The notes below the pieces were generated by a model. The model was given only the letters and a program-made list of their open reading frames with translations, searched no databases and was not told the origin of the DNA. A stretch of 64,000 nt of DNA, taken from NCBI GenBank assembly GCA_951804945.1, contig OX638155.1, positions 47,926,001 through 47,990,000 of the forward strand, read 5' to 3'. Both the position numbers and the translations under genes were made by a program. This document shows positions 39,451-52,979 of the stretch, in pieces; positions within the stretch are counted from its first letter, which is position 1; each line of letters opens with the position of its first letter. The stretch comes from Podarcis cretensis (Eukaryota).

Positions 39451-39536
39451 CAGTGCTGTGAGTTTTTCAGTTTCTCCTTCTCGTGCAGCTCCCAGGAGGA
39501 GTTCTTCGAGTTTTCTTTCTTCAGTCCTTTCTACAG
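39451..39536 (-). CDS. OSBPL1A: OSBPL1A exon 6 (AVERTEERKLEELLLGAAREGETEKLTAL)
   Basis: AG/GT, 86 nt, in phase. Confidence 0.95.
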
Positions 39537-39741
39537 CTAAGTACAAATAATTAATTAAAACAACATCCTCCCATAGGAAAGTTTCTTTCATTGCTAGATT
39601 CCCAATGAAAAAGCAATTAACATTTGTGGGTCCTTCCCTCCTGAGAGGTCACAGATTTATATTCCCTAAACTTCAAGCCTGTTAATTTCCAGAACAATAT
39701 AGGCCAAGCCCAGCCCAGCAGTAGAGCTGATGTTTTGCATA

Positions 39742-40003
39742 AGGTAAAGGGACCCCTGACCATTAGGTCCAGTCGTGGCCGACTTCTGGCGAACCAGAGC
39801 AGCGCACGGAAACGCTGTTTACCTTCCCGCCGGAGCGGTACCTATTTATCTACTTGCACTTTGACGTGCTTTCGAACTGCTAGGTTGGCAGGAGCTGGGA
39901 CCAAACAACGGGAGCTCACCCCTTCACAGGGATTCGAACCGCCGACCTTCTGATCGGCAAGTCCTAGGCTCTGTGGTTTAACCCACAGCGCCACCCACAT
40001 CCC
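39742..40003 (-). mobile_element. Sauria SINE with internal deletion, inserted into an older tRNA-derived SINE
   Basis: Head and tail as above; TSD ATGTTTTGCATA (39730-39741 / 40005-40016). Confidence 0.88.
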
Positions 40004-43000
40004 TATGTTTTGCATACATAAACCCAAAAGTCCAGTCCCCAGCATTTTCCAGTTAAAAGGTCCTGGTAAGCAGGTTTTGGAGCGTCTCATGCAGGGAACA
40101 CATTGCATCTCTGATTATCTGAATAGGCAGCTTTAACCGAACCTGCTTTCATACCCAGATCATATCCACAGGAACAGGTTTGTACACACTCAGTACATGC
40201 AAATGATGTCCACCCCCACGGCGTGCAGTCATAAGAGTGCAGCTATTTGGCAATAGTGCTATTAGCATTCATCTCTGCTTACAGAGGAATTCAATGGCAA
40301 ATGCTAACCAACAAGGTTTATTTCTTTGAAATTAAGGGCAAACTGAAATTCTAGAAGACCAAACAATGCAAAACTGAGCAACTCCTGCACTCAGTGTCCG
40401 GCTAAGTAAAGGTTAACTCTAGATACAATATTGGATAGCGAAAGTCAATTTTATCATAATATAATCTTTATTATGTCTCTTCACAAAATATAGACTTTAT
40501 CTGAATCATATCTAAGCAGGTTTGCTATCTACATAAGTACGGTAATACAATTTCTAATCATTCCAAGGCTTATGTGTGTGTATTAAAGATTAGAGAGTCT
40601 TAAAACAACTACAGGGCTTTGACTATGTAGCCCCTCCACCAAAAAGAAAAACCGAAAAGAAATACAGAACATAAAGCTTGACAGAATTTTAGTGGAGCTT
40701 TTCCCAGCCAGCCATCCCAAAGCACTTCTATCCCAAATTACGTCATAATGCTAAATGCCACAAACTAATGAGAGTGTGTCCTAAAACAAAATACTGGTGG
40801 ATTTTATACTTTTAACAGCAGCTTTCCCCAGTAACACACTCTTTTTACATAAGACCCTTTGCTCACCTCTTCTATGCCCAAACAGTTCTTTCCTTCCCTT
40901 TTCCTGCTTCTGCCATACTACAACTCCCAGCAAGCAGTGCTTCTAGCCCTGTGAAGTAGAGACAGTACTATATCTAATATCATCTGTGCTGGGAATGCAT
41001 CTTTTTAAAAAGGGAATGAGTTGTTAGAACCACTACAGAATTTGGCAGCAATAGCAGAAGATATGGATAAGGCAAGTGACTCATTGAGCCCAGGTAAGGG
41101 CAGCCCTGGGATATCAGACAAAGCTCCCATCTAGTGCAGTGGCCTGTTTCCAATAGCTGCTAGCCAAATCGTTCCAGAAACTGTGCAACTAGAAGGTGAA
41201 GGCATCTTACCTTCCCTGTTGCTTGTCTCCTGGTACTTGTAAATCAGAGTAACATGAAGGTTCAGCTTGACTGTCATTGTAAATAGCCACTGATAGCCAC
41301 CTCTTCTTCTCCATAAATTTGTTCAAGTAGAGAGGTCATTATCATCATATATTGTGACAGGAAACTCCGTAAGTCTGAACTATGTGCAAATCTTTCACTC
41401 TCACACAGCATGTTGTCTCCCTCTCTTTCTCAAACCTGTGAAGGTTTTATCCTTTTCTAAGCACGAGTGTCTCTAGTTCTCACAAACTATTCTAGTGTAG
41501 GCAAGTTGTAACCTAGCTTTCTTCCCTGCCTGTAGAAAAGTAGCCTATCAGAAGCAATTGATCACGTGGGAACTTTAGGTAGAACTGACATTTACACTGG
41601 CAAATACTAAACCCTCCACTTAAGTTTCAACAAACTCGTTATAGCTGACAAATCTACGTGGGAAAGCTGCATTGCATGATACTGCAGGCACCTTATTAAA
41701 ATGCTATTCAAGCTTCTGAAGTCAATGTTAGAAGTGACTCAAGTACACATTTCTCCTATCCTAGGACAGAAGAAGGAAACGTGCAATTGATGCCAGTATT
41801 GAAAAGAATGCTGACTCAGAGCAGGACCATGAAAATAAAGTTGGCTAGCTTAGGTCTATTAATTTCAGTGGGTTCATACCTAGTAGAACTTAGTGGATAC
41901 AACCCCGTATTTCTAATGCCCTCAGACAATTCAAATAAAAGTTTCAACCCATGTTAGATTGTCTGCTGTGTGTCTCAGGGAATAGTACCCCCTAAATTAA
42001 CATTGGTCACAAACCTTAGGATATACACCATAAGTTGGAAAGTGTTTTGTGGTCTTCTAATTTGAAGGAACTCCTTGTATCACCTCAGACAAATATGGCA
42101 TATGAAACAATGCACAAGGGGTCTTTTATGTAAAAAGAGTATCTAATTCAAGGAAGCCACCCTAAACATAATCGGCAACATGTGGCTTAGAACATTCTTT
42201 ACAAAAAAATAGAACTGGTTTCATAGGACACACAAATCATATATCTTATGAGATTTTTTTAAAAAAAAAGTAATTTGGGATAAAGGACATTGTACTTGGT
42301 AAGCCCCACTAAAATCAGATTTGATTGTGTTTGTGTGTGTGTATACTTTTCTGCAATAAATAGCACTTTACTGCCTTAAAAAACAACTGTGAATGACTCA
42401 ACATTTATTGAATATACCCATACAACATGACCTATTGAAATGGTCAAAGATTGTATCACTTATAGAGGAAAGAAAACCCATCAAAGGCTCAATAACGTAT
42501 TACTGTCGCAACTAAATTAGAAGTTCACACATGCAAAAAAGCTTAAGTTATGTGGGTTATGATACACAAGGCCACTGTCTCCTTTTTACATCAGGCTCTT
42601 GGGAAAACCACAGATTTCCGGTGTGCTAATTGTGAACACTAACAGGGATGCTGCTAGGTACTTAATAGCTTCAAGGCACAGGTCCTTGGCAAAATTTGCA
42701 TATCTATGTGTCAATGCAATATCAGTGCAGAGGTTTATCATGTGAACCAGCAACTACCAAGCAGTTTTCTTCACATCATCAACACATTTCTAGTGTTGTA
42801 AAAGCTTTGCAGCAGGGTCTAATCGTGCGATACAGGATGTGTTCAATGCAGACACAGTTTCAAGCAGCCACGACAGTGTTTATCATTAGGGAAAAGAAGT
42901 GCTCTGTCACCTTGGTAAAATAGTCTCTAAGAAGGATGAAGACATCACCACTGTTCATACTGAATGACGCAGCAGCAAAGCATCTTTACCAGAATGCCAA

Positions 43001-43035
43001 TTCTCTAAAGTTCATATATCTTACAGAATGGATAC

Positions 43036-43147
43036 CTTCCAGCATCTCTCTTATTTCTTTATCATGTGTAACATCTTTTGCAGTTTGCCCATTCCCGTTA
43101 ACAATGGAAGTATCGGCTTCGTATTCCAAAAGCAGCATAACTACCTC
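43036..43147 (-). CDS. OSBPL1A: OSBPL1A exon 5 (EVVMLLLEYEADTSIVNGNGQTAKDVTHDKEIREMLE)
   Basis: AG/GT, 112 nt, in phase. Confidence 0.96.
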
Positions 43148-43367
43148 CTGAAAGACAAAGTTTTGTTGCATTATCTACAGAGACCTCTCCCTCCTTTTAG
43201 CCAGTTTACTTTTGCTTTGTACTTTTGGTCTTGGGAAGTGAATGCCACGTATAATTAAACAGAACAAACATTTCTAACGGGGAAATTACAAGGTGTCTGT
43301 GACAGGGAGAACAGTCACAAGGAACAATGGTACGCCTCTGAAAAGAGGCTGAAGTTGTTAATTTTAC

Positions 43368-43442
43368 CTTCCGCCCGGTGAAGGCTGCACGATGCAGTGG
43401 GGTATCTCCCATGTCATTTAATACATTTACTTCAGCACCAGC
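43368..43442 (-). CDS. OSBPL1A: OSBPL1A exon 4 (AGAEVNVLNDMGDTPLHRAAFTGRK)
   Basis: AG/GT, 75 nt, matches the recalled human peptide. Confidence 0.96.
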
Positions 43443-44651
43443 CTATAAAGAAAGATTGTTTAGTAGCGCTTGGCATCCAAGAAAATTGGTTTCTGACCAT
43501 TCACACAAACTCTATTCTTGCTTTCAATGGTGCATACTTCCACATAAAATCTGTTTTACTTGGGACAGTGACAGGCTGTATTAGAATGACTGTACTCCAA
43601 AATTTCTAATAGAAAGTTTAGCCAGTGTAGTAAAGACTTTCTCCATGCCAAACTCATTTTAATTTAAAATTTTCCAAAAGGTGGTTTGGCCAGTCTGCCT
43701 TACCCATGTCCACTTGCTATGCTCTGTGCTCAAGTGCAAGCTATATTGGTCTTGATCTGAGCTCTAAGCTCTCTGTGTTTGGGAAGGTAGCAATTCTTGT
43801 GTGCCAGTCTACTTCATCGCCACCTTTAATCCAGTTTGTTCAAATTGGATTCAGCTCATTTTCTTTCTCAAAAGGGTTACAAAGAGGTCAGATCAAGCTA
43901 CACATGCAGCAGAACTAAATGGATTATGTGGTTTAACAATTACATAGACATACAGAATTCAAAATTAGAGCCAGGAGGCCTAGATTTCATTCCGAACTCC
44001 TGCTGGTGACCTAAAGGCCTATGGGCTAACAGATTCAACTTGGTTTCTTATCTTTCAGACTCAGAAACCACCAATGCCATTTATTTTAAGTACTAGGATT
44101 AATGCTGAAAACCTTTAGCTGAAGGAGCACTCTTACTTGCATCAAGAGTCCTTTATACCTTCACAGATAAGTGACACAGCTTGAACATTTTAATCAGTTT
44201 GAAGCATGATCCCTTCTAGTCCACTGTAGTTGCTAAGAGTATCAACATGTTCTGCTTCATGTGTGTGTGCATGTATGCATATACACATGCACGCACACAC
44301 ACTTAAAGTAGCTCAATTATACTATTTGAAGAATATGTCAAGGGTTCCTGATTAGTGCACATAGTGGACATGGCCATCCTGCAAGGGGATGTTGGGTGTG
44401 ATGAAGTGTTGAAGCTGGAAGGTTTGATAAAGATTCTGCCCAATTCATACCCACTATGTACCACAGGAAACACCTGCAGAGTGTAATGGGTACATAATAA
44501 ACGTCTGCATAAGGTTTCAGCATCTAACTATTTAAACCTTTTGACCTACAAGTTAAACATTTCAGTGTTAACTGCTAATTGCTTTGGAGGAGAAATGCTG
44601 ATTTCTGTAGCACAGAAAATATTGATTCATTAGAAGATTACAAGTTTATAC

Positions 44652-44737
44652 CTTCAGCAAATCCTTGACAACACTGGTGTGCCCAAAGTAACATGCAAGA
44701 TGAAGAGGTGTCCATCCCAAGTTAGATTTGCTTCTGC
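44652..44737 (-). CDS. OSBPL1A: OSBPL1A exon 3, ankyrin repeat (GRSKSNLGWTPLHLACYFGHTSVVKDLLK)
   Basis: AG/GT boundaries, 86 nt, in phase, TPLHLA ankyrin motif. Confidence 0.96.
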
Positions 44738-45436
44738 CTAAAGATACAATACAAAACACGACAAATCTAAACTACAGCATCCCTTCATGCAAGCAAAGTT
44801 ATATCATCCAAGAAAACTGAAAAAGATCCTACATGATTCTGCACTGCACCAATTTAAGATGCTCTCACATGTGATTGATAGAAATTGAATTTGTATCATC
44901 CTCAGTGAGAAGTAAAAGCACTGTAGCAGTTAGACTTGAGTTTCAGACAAGGACCAGGAAAACACGGGCTCCCCACTCAGCTGGGAAACCTTTGGCCATT
45001 CGCTATCTCAAGAGGATTGCTGCTATGATAACGAACATATAGCACTCTTTGGAGGAAAGGTGACATTAAAAAGGAAGGCCGAGTTGCCGTGAGTTTCGCT
45101 AATGGCTTTAGCTTAGCTTTTGTCTGAGGGAGTAGATCCATCAAGGCATTTATTCAAAACATAGTTGGCACTTTTACAAAGCAGTGGTGCCAGATGACAC
45201 AAGACCTTTCTGCTACCTTCTCAAAAATGTATCTTTTCCCGCAATGGATCCAAGAAGCTACACACCGTATTTTGATATGACATCTGGCCTGAAATAGTCC
45301 AGTATATTTTACATTCTCCCAAGGACTACCAGAAGACCAATATTCTGCAGTAATGTATACATTTTATTCCAATGAAGCCATGGTGTCAACACTTATAAAT
45401 GTCCCAGGTGTTACTCAAAAGGCTGCCTATACTAAC

Positions 45437-45557
45437 CTTTGCAGTTGATGTTAAAGATGGCCTCTCCTTTGTCCATAGTTCCCAGCAGCTGCCTGATGTC
45501 TTCACTGTGTCCATTTCTAGCATTGTGGAGAAGCTGCTGTTCTGCCTCTGTGTTCAT
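45437..45557 (-). CDS. OSBPL1A: OSBPL1A coding exon 2 (start): MNTEAEQQLLHNARNGHSEDIRQLLGTMDKGEAIFNINCK(G)
   Basis: Matches the human ORP1L N-terminus MNTEAEQQLLHHARNG; 121 nt; donor G|GTTAGT. Confidence 0.96.
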
Positions 45558-46029
45558 CTCTACTAAAATACAGATAATTATTTTATTTATTTGTATAATT
45601 GATATGCCACCCCCTTTTCACTAAACAAAGGAGTACTCAGTGACAACATTCACACAAAAAATAACAATTAGCAATTAAAAATACATTAGAACCCAGCACA
45701 CAGAAACAGCATGAACATAAGGAAAGCACTGCTGAAATCGGAACAGAGGCCTATCATGGCAGTCCAACACCTTGATCCCACAGAGGCTAATTTGAGCGCA
45801 ATAGCACTCTCCCCTCTTGTGCTTCCCAGCAACCAAAAAGCACACCATCTCCAGTACTAGGGGTAGCACATAGACCCATCTTCTATTTCACAATTCCCTT
45901 TTTATAGCCAACCAAGTTCATTACCACAAGATGTATTAATGCATGTCAATTCCACAGTTCAATTACGGTGCATATTTTACACAGATTCTGCTATGTTAAT
46001 TAACAAATAGAATTGCCTTTGCTTAATTA

Positions 46030-46310
46030 AGAACATTAGAATGACCTGCTGGATCAGGCTAGAAGCACATCCAGTCCAGTATCCTGTTCTCACAGTGGCT
46101 GACTAGATGCCTATGGAAAGCCCATAAGCAAGACCAGATCACAACAACATTCCCCTGACTTGCGATTCCCAGAAACTGGTATTCAGAGCCATACTGCCTC
46201 TGAGAGTAGAAGCAGAACATTGTCATCATCGCTAGCAGCTGATTAAAGCCTTATCTTCTATTCATTTGTCTAATATTCTTTTAAAGCCATCCAAGTTGGT
46301 GGCCATCACT
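46030..46310 (-). mobile_element. CR1 3' fragment
   Basis: AAGAACATTAGAA..CTGCTGGATCAGGC..TCCAGTCCAG CR1 3' UTR pattern; another remnant lies at about 59430-59627. Confidence 0.65.
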
Positions 46311-47670
46311 AACAACAACAACATAATTGTATACCATCCATCATCCGAAGATTCCAGGGCAGTTCACAGCTGCTTTACCATTAATAGTTATAACAATCCC
46401 AATGCAGCCTAGATTGCTGTTCCTAAATGGCTAAGAGCAGCATGGGGACAGTGATTTGGGCTGCATTGAGGTCATGGGTGGGAGGATGGCAAAGCATCCC
46501 CTCCTCAGTGATCCTATGTAGCCAAAATCAATTGGCTGATCAGCTGGAAGGGGTTGCATGAAGACCATATGTCTGAGTGCAGTATCAACCAAAAGCAATG
46601 AATCTGCACTTGTTTAGAAATATTTTTAATAGGGTACACTAGCTCAGGTATTTAAAAAGTCCTGTATGGATACATATGCAAGCAGCTCCATGTGCAGCCC
46701 ATATTTTGACCATATGTGTACAGTTTTGTGCTCTCCAGAAGCTATTCTAGTACCCCTCAAATTTCAGAAATGGGTTTAGGGTCAGAGGAGCTTTCAGATG
46801 ATCTGGAGGGCATGTAGGTGGTCTATGCACAATCCCTGTATATCAATAACTGTCTGACTAGCCATTACAAAGAATGTTGCTGGTGGCACAACCCGACATT
46901 TTGGACAATCAAAGTTGCAATATATAAACTTAACTGAATCTCTGCAAAATAGTCAGGACTTTGTAAGATTGGGGTATATCTCATCATCTAGGTTCATTTC
47001 AAGGGTCTATTTGTGACCAGTGTAAGTTGGTCAGAAATGTTTCCAGTGCCATTAAAAGTGTCATCTGGATTCTGCCGCTTCCAACATATACATGGCATAG
47101 TTAAGATCCTTGCTGCAGATCTAACAGACAAGTTTGCACCTGCCTTCTCTTCATTCCATGACTCAGCATTACCTAGATGATTACCATTTAAGTTAAGCAG
47201 GTTTGTTTGGGCATTAATCAAAATTCTCAGTTGTAGTAGAATGCAACTTAAGGGTTTCAAACAGAAAACTTACGAATTTCACATTTCTGTAGTGTCCTCA
47301 GGTATTTATTTGCAAGAATTCCATTGGTTCAACAGAATGGTCCAAATACTCAGAAGTGTACAGTATTATTTAGGTTTATGGAGGCTTGCTAGTGCATGAA
47401 GAACTGGAAGTGCTGCTCTTGAAACATGCTTAAGTGTTCCAGGCTATTATATTATTACTCTGCAACCCTCCCCACCTCCTCACACTCAAGGACTCACAAG
47501 GTAACAGCATATATTCTAGAAACAGGCAGTTTAGTAACCTTTTCTACTCTGTAGAAGCCTCTCATTTAAGCAAAGCAGTATGCAGAAGATATTGTTCACA
47601 GTTAAGCAAATGTTGCACATCAGGATCTGTGATGAAGATATATTAAGGGGATGTTGTAGGAGAATTAGGA

Positions 47671-47836
47671 ACATAGGTAGTTGCCTTATATCTAGATCCT
47701 TCTAGACAATAGTGAGCTAGTGGCTCACCAAGATTTCAGACAGGAGTATCCCAGCCCTACGTGAAGAAGTCAAAGAGTCAGCTTCAGAATTTTGCATAGA
47801 AATCGTGTACTCTGTCCACTGAGCTACAGTCCTTCC
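47671..47836 (-). mobile_element. Old tRNA-derived SINE (Squam3-like), degenerate
   Basis: Similarity to the 22414 copy (TAGCTCAGTGG head, TATAAGGCAACTACCT tail). Confidence 0.5.
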
Positions 47837-48179
47837 ATGTATGGTCCATTCTTCCCACCCCACCTCTCTTGCTTAACTGCAACCTCACTAATCAATTGCA
47901 GCATTATAATGAGTTTTAAAGATTTCCAGTATTCCACCACTCTAATCACTTGCAACCATGGGTGTAACCAGAGGGGCAAGCTATAAATAAAAATACTTAA
48001 CTAACTGACCAATCACATCACAGATAGCTCAGTTCTGCCCCCCCAAACATAAATCCTGGCTTCACCCATGCTGAGAACTATCATAGAACAGGGCACATAG
48101 TGACTCCAATTTTGCCTTCTTATGCAATTCCTTATGAAGGAAGGTTTGGGCAATCATTGTGACTTCTGGCAGGTGATTA

Positions 48180-48542
48180 AAAGGTAAAGGTAAAGGTACC
48201 CCTGCCCGAACAGGCCAGTCTTGACAGACTCTAGGGTTGTGCGCTCATCTCACTCTATAGGCCGGGAGCCAGCGCTGTCCGCAGACACTTCCAGGTCACA
48301 TGGCCAGCGTGACAAGCTGCATCTGGCGAGCCAGCGCAGCACACGGAACGCCGTTTACCTTACCGCTGGTAAGCGGTCCCTATTTATCTACTTGCACCCG
48401 GGGGTGCTTTCAAACTGCTAGGTTGGCAGGCGCTGGGACCGAACGACGGGAGCACACCCCGCCGCGGGGATTCGAACCGCCGACCATGCGATCGGCAAGT
48501 CCTAGGCGCTGAGGTTTTACCCACAGCGCCACCCGCGTCCCC
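48180..48542 (-). mobile_element. Sauria SINE, different subfamily (distinct 3' half)
   Basis: (AAAGGT)n tail on plus, A/B boxes, TSD AGGTGATTA. Confidence 0.88.
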
Positions 48543-48670
48543 AGGGAAGGTGATTAGTTGCCAGTTATTCAGTCTTTGACTCATACAGCAAAAGCAGATC
48601 AGCACATGGGAGTATAGCAGCAAATCAAAGGGTACTTGGACCACCAGGATTGTACCTATAAACACTAGGG

Positions 48671-48806
48671 CAGCCTTTCTCAACCCTGGTTTCCCAGATG
48701 ATGTTGGACTACCACTTCCATCATCCATAGCAAGCAGGGGCAACAGTCAGGGATGATGGGAGTGGTAGTCCAACAACATCTAGGAACCCAAGATTGAGAA
48801 AGTCTG
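48671..48806. mobile_element. hAT MITE
   Basis: TIR CAGCCTTTCTCAA / TTGAGAAAGTCTG, TSD (C/G)ACTAGGG. Confidence 0.8.
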
Positions 48807-48831
48807 GACTAGGGGAGGGGAACCACTAAAG

Positions 48832-49170
48832 CAGGGTAGCCAACTTGGTGCTCTCTACAGACCGTTGGACTAGAACTCCCCTCAGCCCCTGCCCGCATGG
48901 GCAGTACAGTGGTACCTCTGGTTATGAACTTAATTTGTTCCAGAGGTCCGTTCTTAACCTGAAACCGTTCTTAACTTAGGGTACCACTTTAGCTAATGGG
49001 CCCTCCCGCTGCTGCCGCACGATTTATGTTCTCATCCTGAGGTAAAGTTCTTAACCTGAGGTACTACTTCTGTAACCCGAAGTGTTTGTAACCCGAGCTA
49101 CCACTGTAGCTAGGAATTATGGAAGCTGCAGTCTAATAACATTTGCAGGGCACCATGTTGGCTACCCTTG
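48832..49170. mobile_element. hAT MITE interrupted by a family-A MITE
   Basis: TIR CAGGGTAGCCAAC / GTTGGCTACCCTTG, TSD CA(C/T)TAAAG. Confidence 0.8.
48907..49106. mobile_element. MITE family A nested in a hAT MITE
   Basis: TIRs plus TA TSD inside 48832-49170. Confidence 0.85.
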
Positions 49171-52100
49171 CATTAAAGTATGCAAATTATATAATACAAT
49201 GGATCTAGCTATCATTTGGTAAGCTCTTTGGGAGACATGTCAATGTTTGAATGTGTTTGCATTGTGATCTTTCAGATCAGTGAGAGAGCTCCTATACATT
49301 GTTCTAGTAGATGGCATTGACTACTTTATCTTTAAATCTTGATAGTTCAGGGTTTCTGCATAATCAAGATCATGCTGGTGCTGCAGTCACCACACTCCTA
49401 GAAAAAGGTTCAAAGTTTTGTTTTTAATCAAGTGATAAAAATATCCCATTGCATGTCAATCCTTGTATCCTCAAGGACTGAAAAAAAGGAAATAGTATGA
49501 GGTTTAGTCTGGGTTTCTTTATTTTAGAAAAAGACACATTGCCACTGTCATGCTATCCTTTCCTTTTCAACTAGAACTAATGCTTTGATTTTAGCATGCT
49601 TGTTTTAGCTGAGACACTGACTTTTACTAATATCATGTGGCCGAATCTAAGTATCATGGGAGGGGGGCTGCATGTGACTCACTTGTAAGCTACACATTAT
49701 TCCCCATTGGTTTAGCAAGCAATGAAGCTGGCTTTGCTGCTGCAGATTTCATCCCATTTGTTCATCAATTAAGTGTTTAATGTTATATATATACATATAT
49801 ATGTGTGTGTGTGTGTATGGTTTTATTAGCTCTGTCTGTCTTAAAATTTAATCTGCTGCTGTTACTATTTGGTTTATTTACTACTACATTTAAATACCCG
49901 TACCACCCTTCCTGCAAGTGTACACTGCTCTCCTTAATGTATGAAAATGTGGAAGAGTAGAATACTGTATGTATGTATTATTATTATTACTACTACTCCT
50001 ACTCCTACTCCTACTACTAATGAAAATGCTAAAGTGGAAACACACCAGACTGAACATGATTTATTTAATTTCCCCTCTATGCAGTTTTTGGTGCGTGATC
50101 TTGAATTAAATGATGCCTTTTTTATCACACTCCCAAATTTTATGTGCCTCCATACTCCCAATTCAGTACTATAATAAATGGTTGAGATAATGGAAAGCAT
50201 GCTGTGGAAATACAGGCATGTTTTCTCATTGACCCAACTCTTTGTGCTGCCTGCAAGAAGGATATTAACTATGCAACTTGCACAGTTCAAACAGTCGTCT
50301 ATGCCAATTGCTGTTTTATCTGTATGGACCAGATGGAAACAACGCTAACTGAAGAACTGTGCAAGCTTAGACTACAGGAATTAGTGAAACAGTATCAGAC
50401 CCTTAAACTGGAAAACTTCAAATGCATCCCCAAAATAAGCCCTGGTGAATTTAATGTGACTCGCTTGTACCAAGTCTAATATGCCAATTGTCATTTTTCT
50501 GCTGTAAGCTCACAGCTCTCCATTTGGTACGGTATTTGCATTTGCTGGATACAAATAAGAGTGATTGAAAGAACAGTGTAGCATTATTGCCTGAAAAGTA
50601 GGAGAAGAGTGACTAGAGGCTGCTGCTTTCCCCCCCACCTCTGTAAAAAGGAGCAGAAACACTGGCAAACACAGAACTGTCAAGAGCTCTAACTGTTGGA
50701 TATGTTGAAAGAGTGCTGCTGGATCTGCATAATCCCAGTATGGGATGTTTCGTCATCTTTCCTGCTCCATGCAATGTTGCACAGTCTCCATAAGGATCAA
50801 GGAACAGAATGCACTCTCTGCAATGGCCTCACTCCTCAGTGATGGTCACGATAACACAAAACGCTGATCTTGCTAATAACAGTGCCCTGAAATCCCTGTT
50901 GCATGATTTATTTATTGCACCTACTGAATAAGAGGTGGTTTTAGAGCAGCACAACTGGTGTGGTCGCACTGGGTTACTCACTGCAGGGGGTGCCAAAACT
51001 ATGCTATACAACAGAGCGTGGGGGGCGGGGTTTGCCAAATTTTAATGTTGCACAGTGCACCGCTGAAATTTGAAAGCCTAAAGTCTGCCACTGGCTGAAT
51101 TCTTAAGGCCAGATAAGTTAGACTTTGTTATAGTGAGTTGTACTAATTTTTCATCTGCATTTTAAGTTTTCTAAAATTCTATGTCCATTCCCATTTTGGG
51201 AAACAGCATACCTAAGGAAATTAAGATTTACAGATAGTGAAAGGTTGTGAATGCAATTTCTGTAAGCTAAATAAGATGGGGTTTGTGGTGCAAACAATAA
51301 AGTTTGCATTTCTGTTAAAGTAATGGAAAATCAATTAATTCTTGTAATGAATAGTAATAAAATCCTCTCCAGAACTGAGGACATCATTCTCATAACTATA
51401 TGACAACTAACATAGATATAAGGTAGGGATATTTAATTAATATGGGTATTTAATTCTGGCTATGTCAAGAGAGTAAACCTGCATGTTATTGGTCTTATTT
51501 AAACTATGACTTAAAAGATCAAAACTTTAGCTTGTTGTACACATCTACACTCAGTAGCACAAATGTTCTGTGTAGGTTATTTTGAATATCCTAGGAATCA
51601 TAACCTAACAAAAAAGTCAATGCATTGCAGGAAGCTAGAATGTGGTCCAAATTTAGAGTTTAGCTATTTTAGCAGAATCCTAAAGGTTTGACTTGAATAT
51701 TGTCAACTTTAAATGCTTTAACAGTTTCCTTGCAGTGACCAACTTTGTTTAGAAAGTCAATATGAAGGCAGTACGACGATGAGTAAGACTACAGCTATCA
51801 ACTACATCACTGAATCTAACTGACTTGTAGAAAGGACCCTATTATCTGAAAACTGACAAACTATATGTACCCTTGCTACCCAAGAAATATTTTAATAAAA
51901 CATTTAAAAACAAACTACATTATACTTGCTCCAGAGAAAATCAAAACAAGTTACAATGCCAATTTAGGTTAAAAAGAAGATAAGACACTGGTTAGAATAC
52001 TCCATCTGTTTGAAAGTCTTCTCACTCCCTATCTTACATTTAACCATACACACAAAAAACACAAGAGCCAAAAAGTCCTGTGCGGATGTCCGAAAATATG

Positions 52101-52219
52101 TGTGTTCAGTCACTGTATAAATGGGCTTCCATTTTAATTTTAAATACACATTGGTTAATTCTCATGTTCAACTGCACATCCATCATAATAGTTTCTGTGA
52201 TGACTTCATGTTACAACTA

Positions 52220-52445
52220 CAGTGGTACCTCGGGTTACATACGCTTCAGGTTACAGACTCCGCTAACCCAGAAATAGTACCTTGGGTTAAGAACTTTGCT
52301 TCAGGATGAGAACAGAAATTGTGCTCCGGCAGCGCAGCAGCAGCAGGAGGCCCCATTAGCTAAAGTGGTGCTTCAGGTTAAGAGCAGTTTCAGGTTAAGA
52401 ACGGACCTTCGGAACAAATTAAGTACTTAACCCGAGGTACCACTG
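52220..52445. mobile_element. MITE family A (opposite internal orientation)
   Basis: Perfect TIRs, TA TSD. Confidence 0.9.
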
Positions 52446-52979
52446 TACTTCCTTCCATATGCTCAGAGGTTTGATTATTATAGTTATCATAAAATAATAA
52501 AATCACAGAATTGTGCAGTTGGAAGGAATTCCAAGGGTCATCTATTTCAACCCCATGCAATGCAGGATAAACTACCTTAAGGAGAGATATGAATAAAACT
52601 GCATATTCTAGGACTGAACATACACACAGAACCTTAAGATACTAGTGTATGCATATCTATGATGAGTAACACGTGTACCAAAGGCACTTCATCGCACCAT
52701 GAATGACCAACACCTTAGCAAAAAGCAAGAAACGAAATTCTGATGGGTTTGCAACCTCGTGTGTCCCCCCCCCCCCAGCCATGTCTGTTTCTCTGACAAA
52801 AAAACCGAGCCCAGCAAGTAAAGCTCCTCCTAAGATGCGACAGGCTTCAGGTACTAAAATCCCTCATGCTATGCTGCCACTTTTTCAGCGGTCCAATCCA
52901 AAAAGAGATAAAGGCTTGTTGGCCCCTCTGAACTTTCGAGTTCGCAAGGCAGCGAACTTAGCCCGCAAAATTAAAACAT

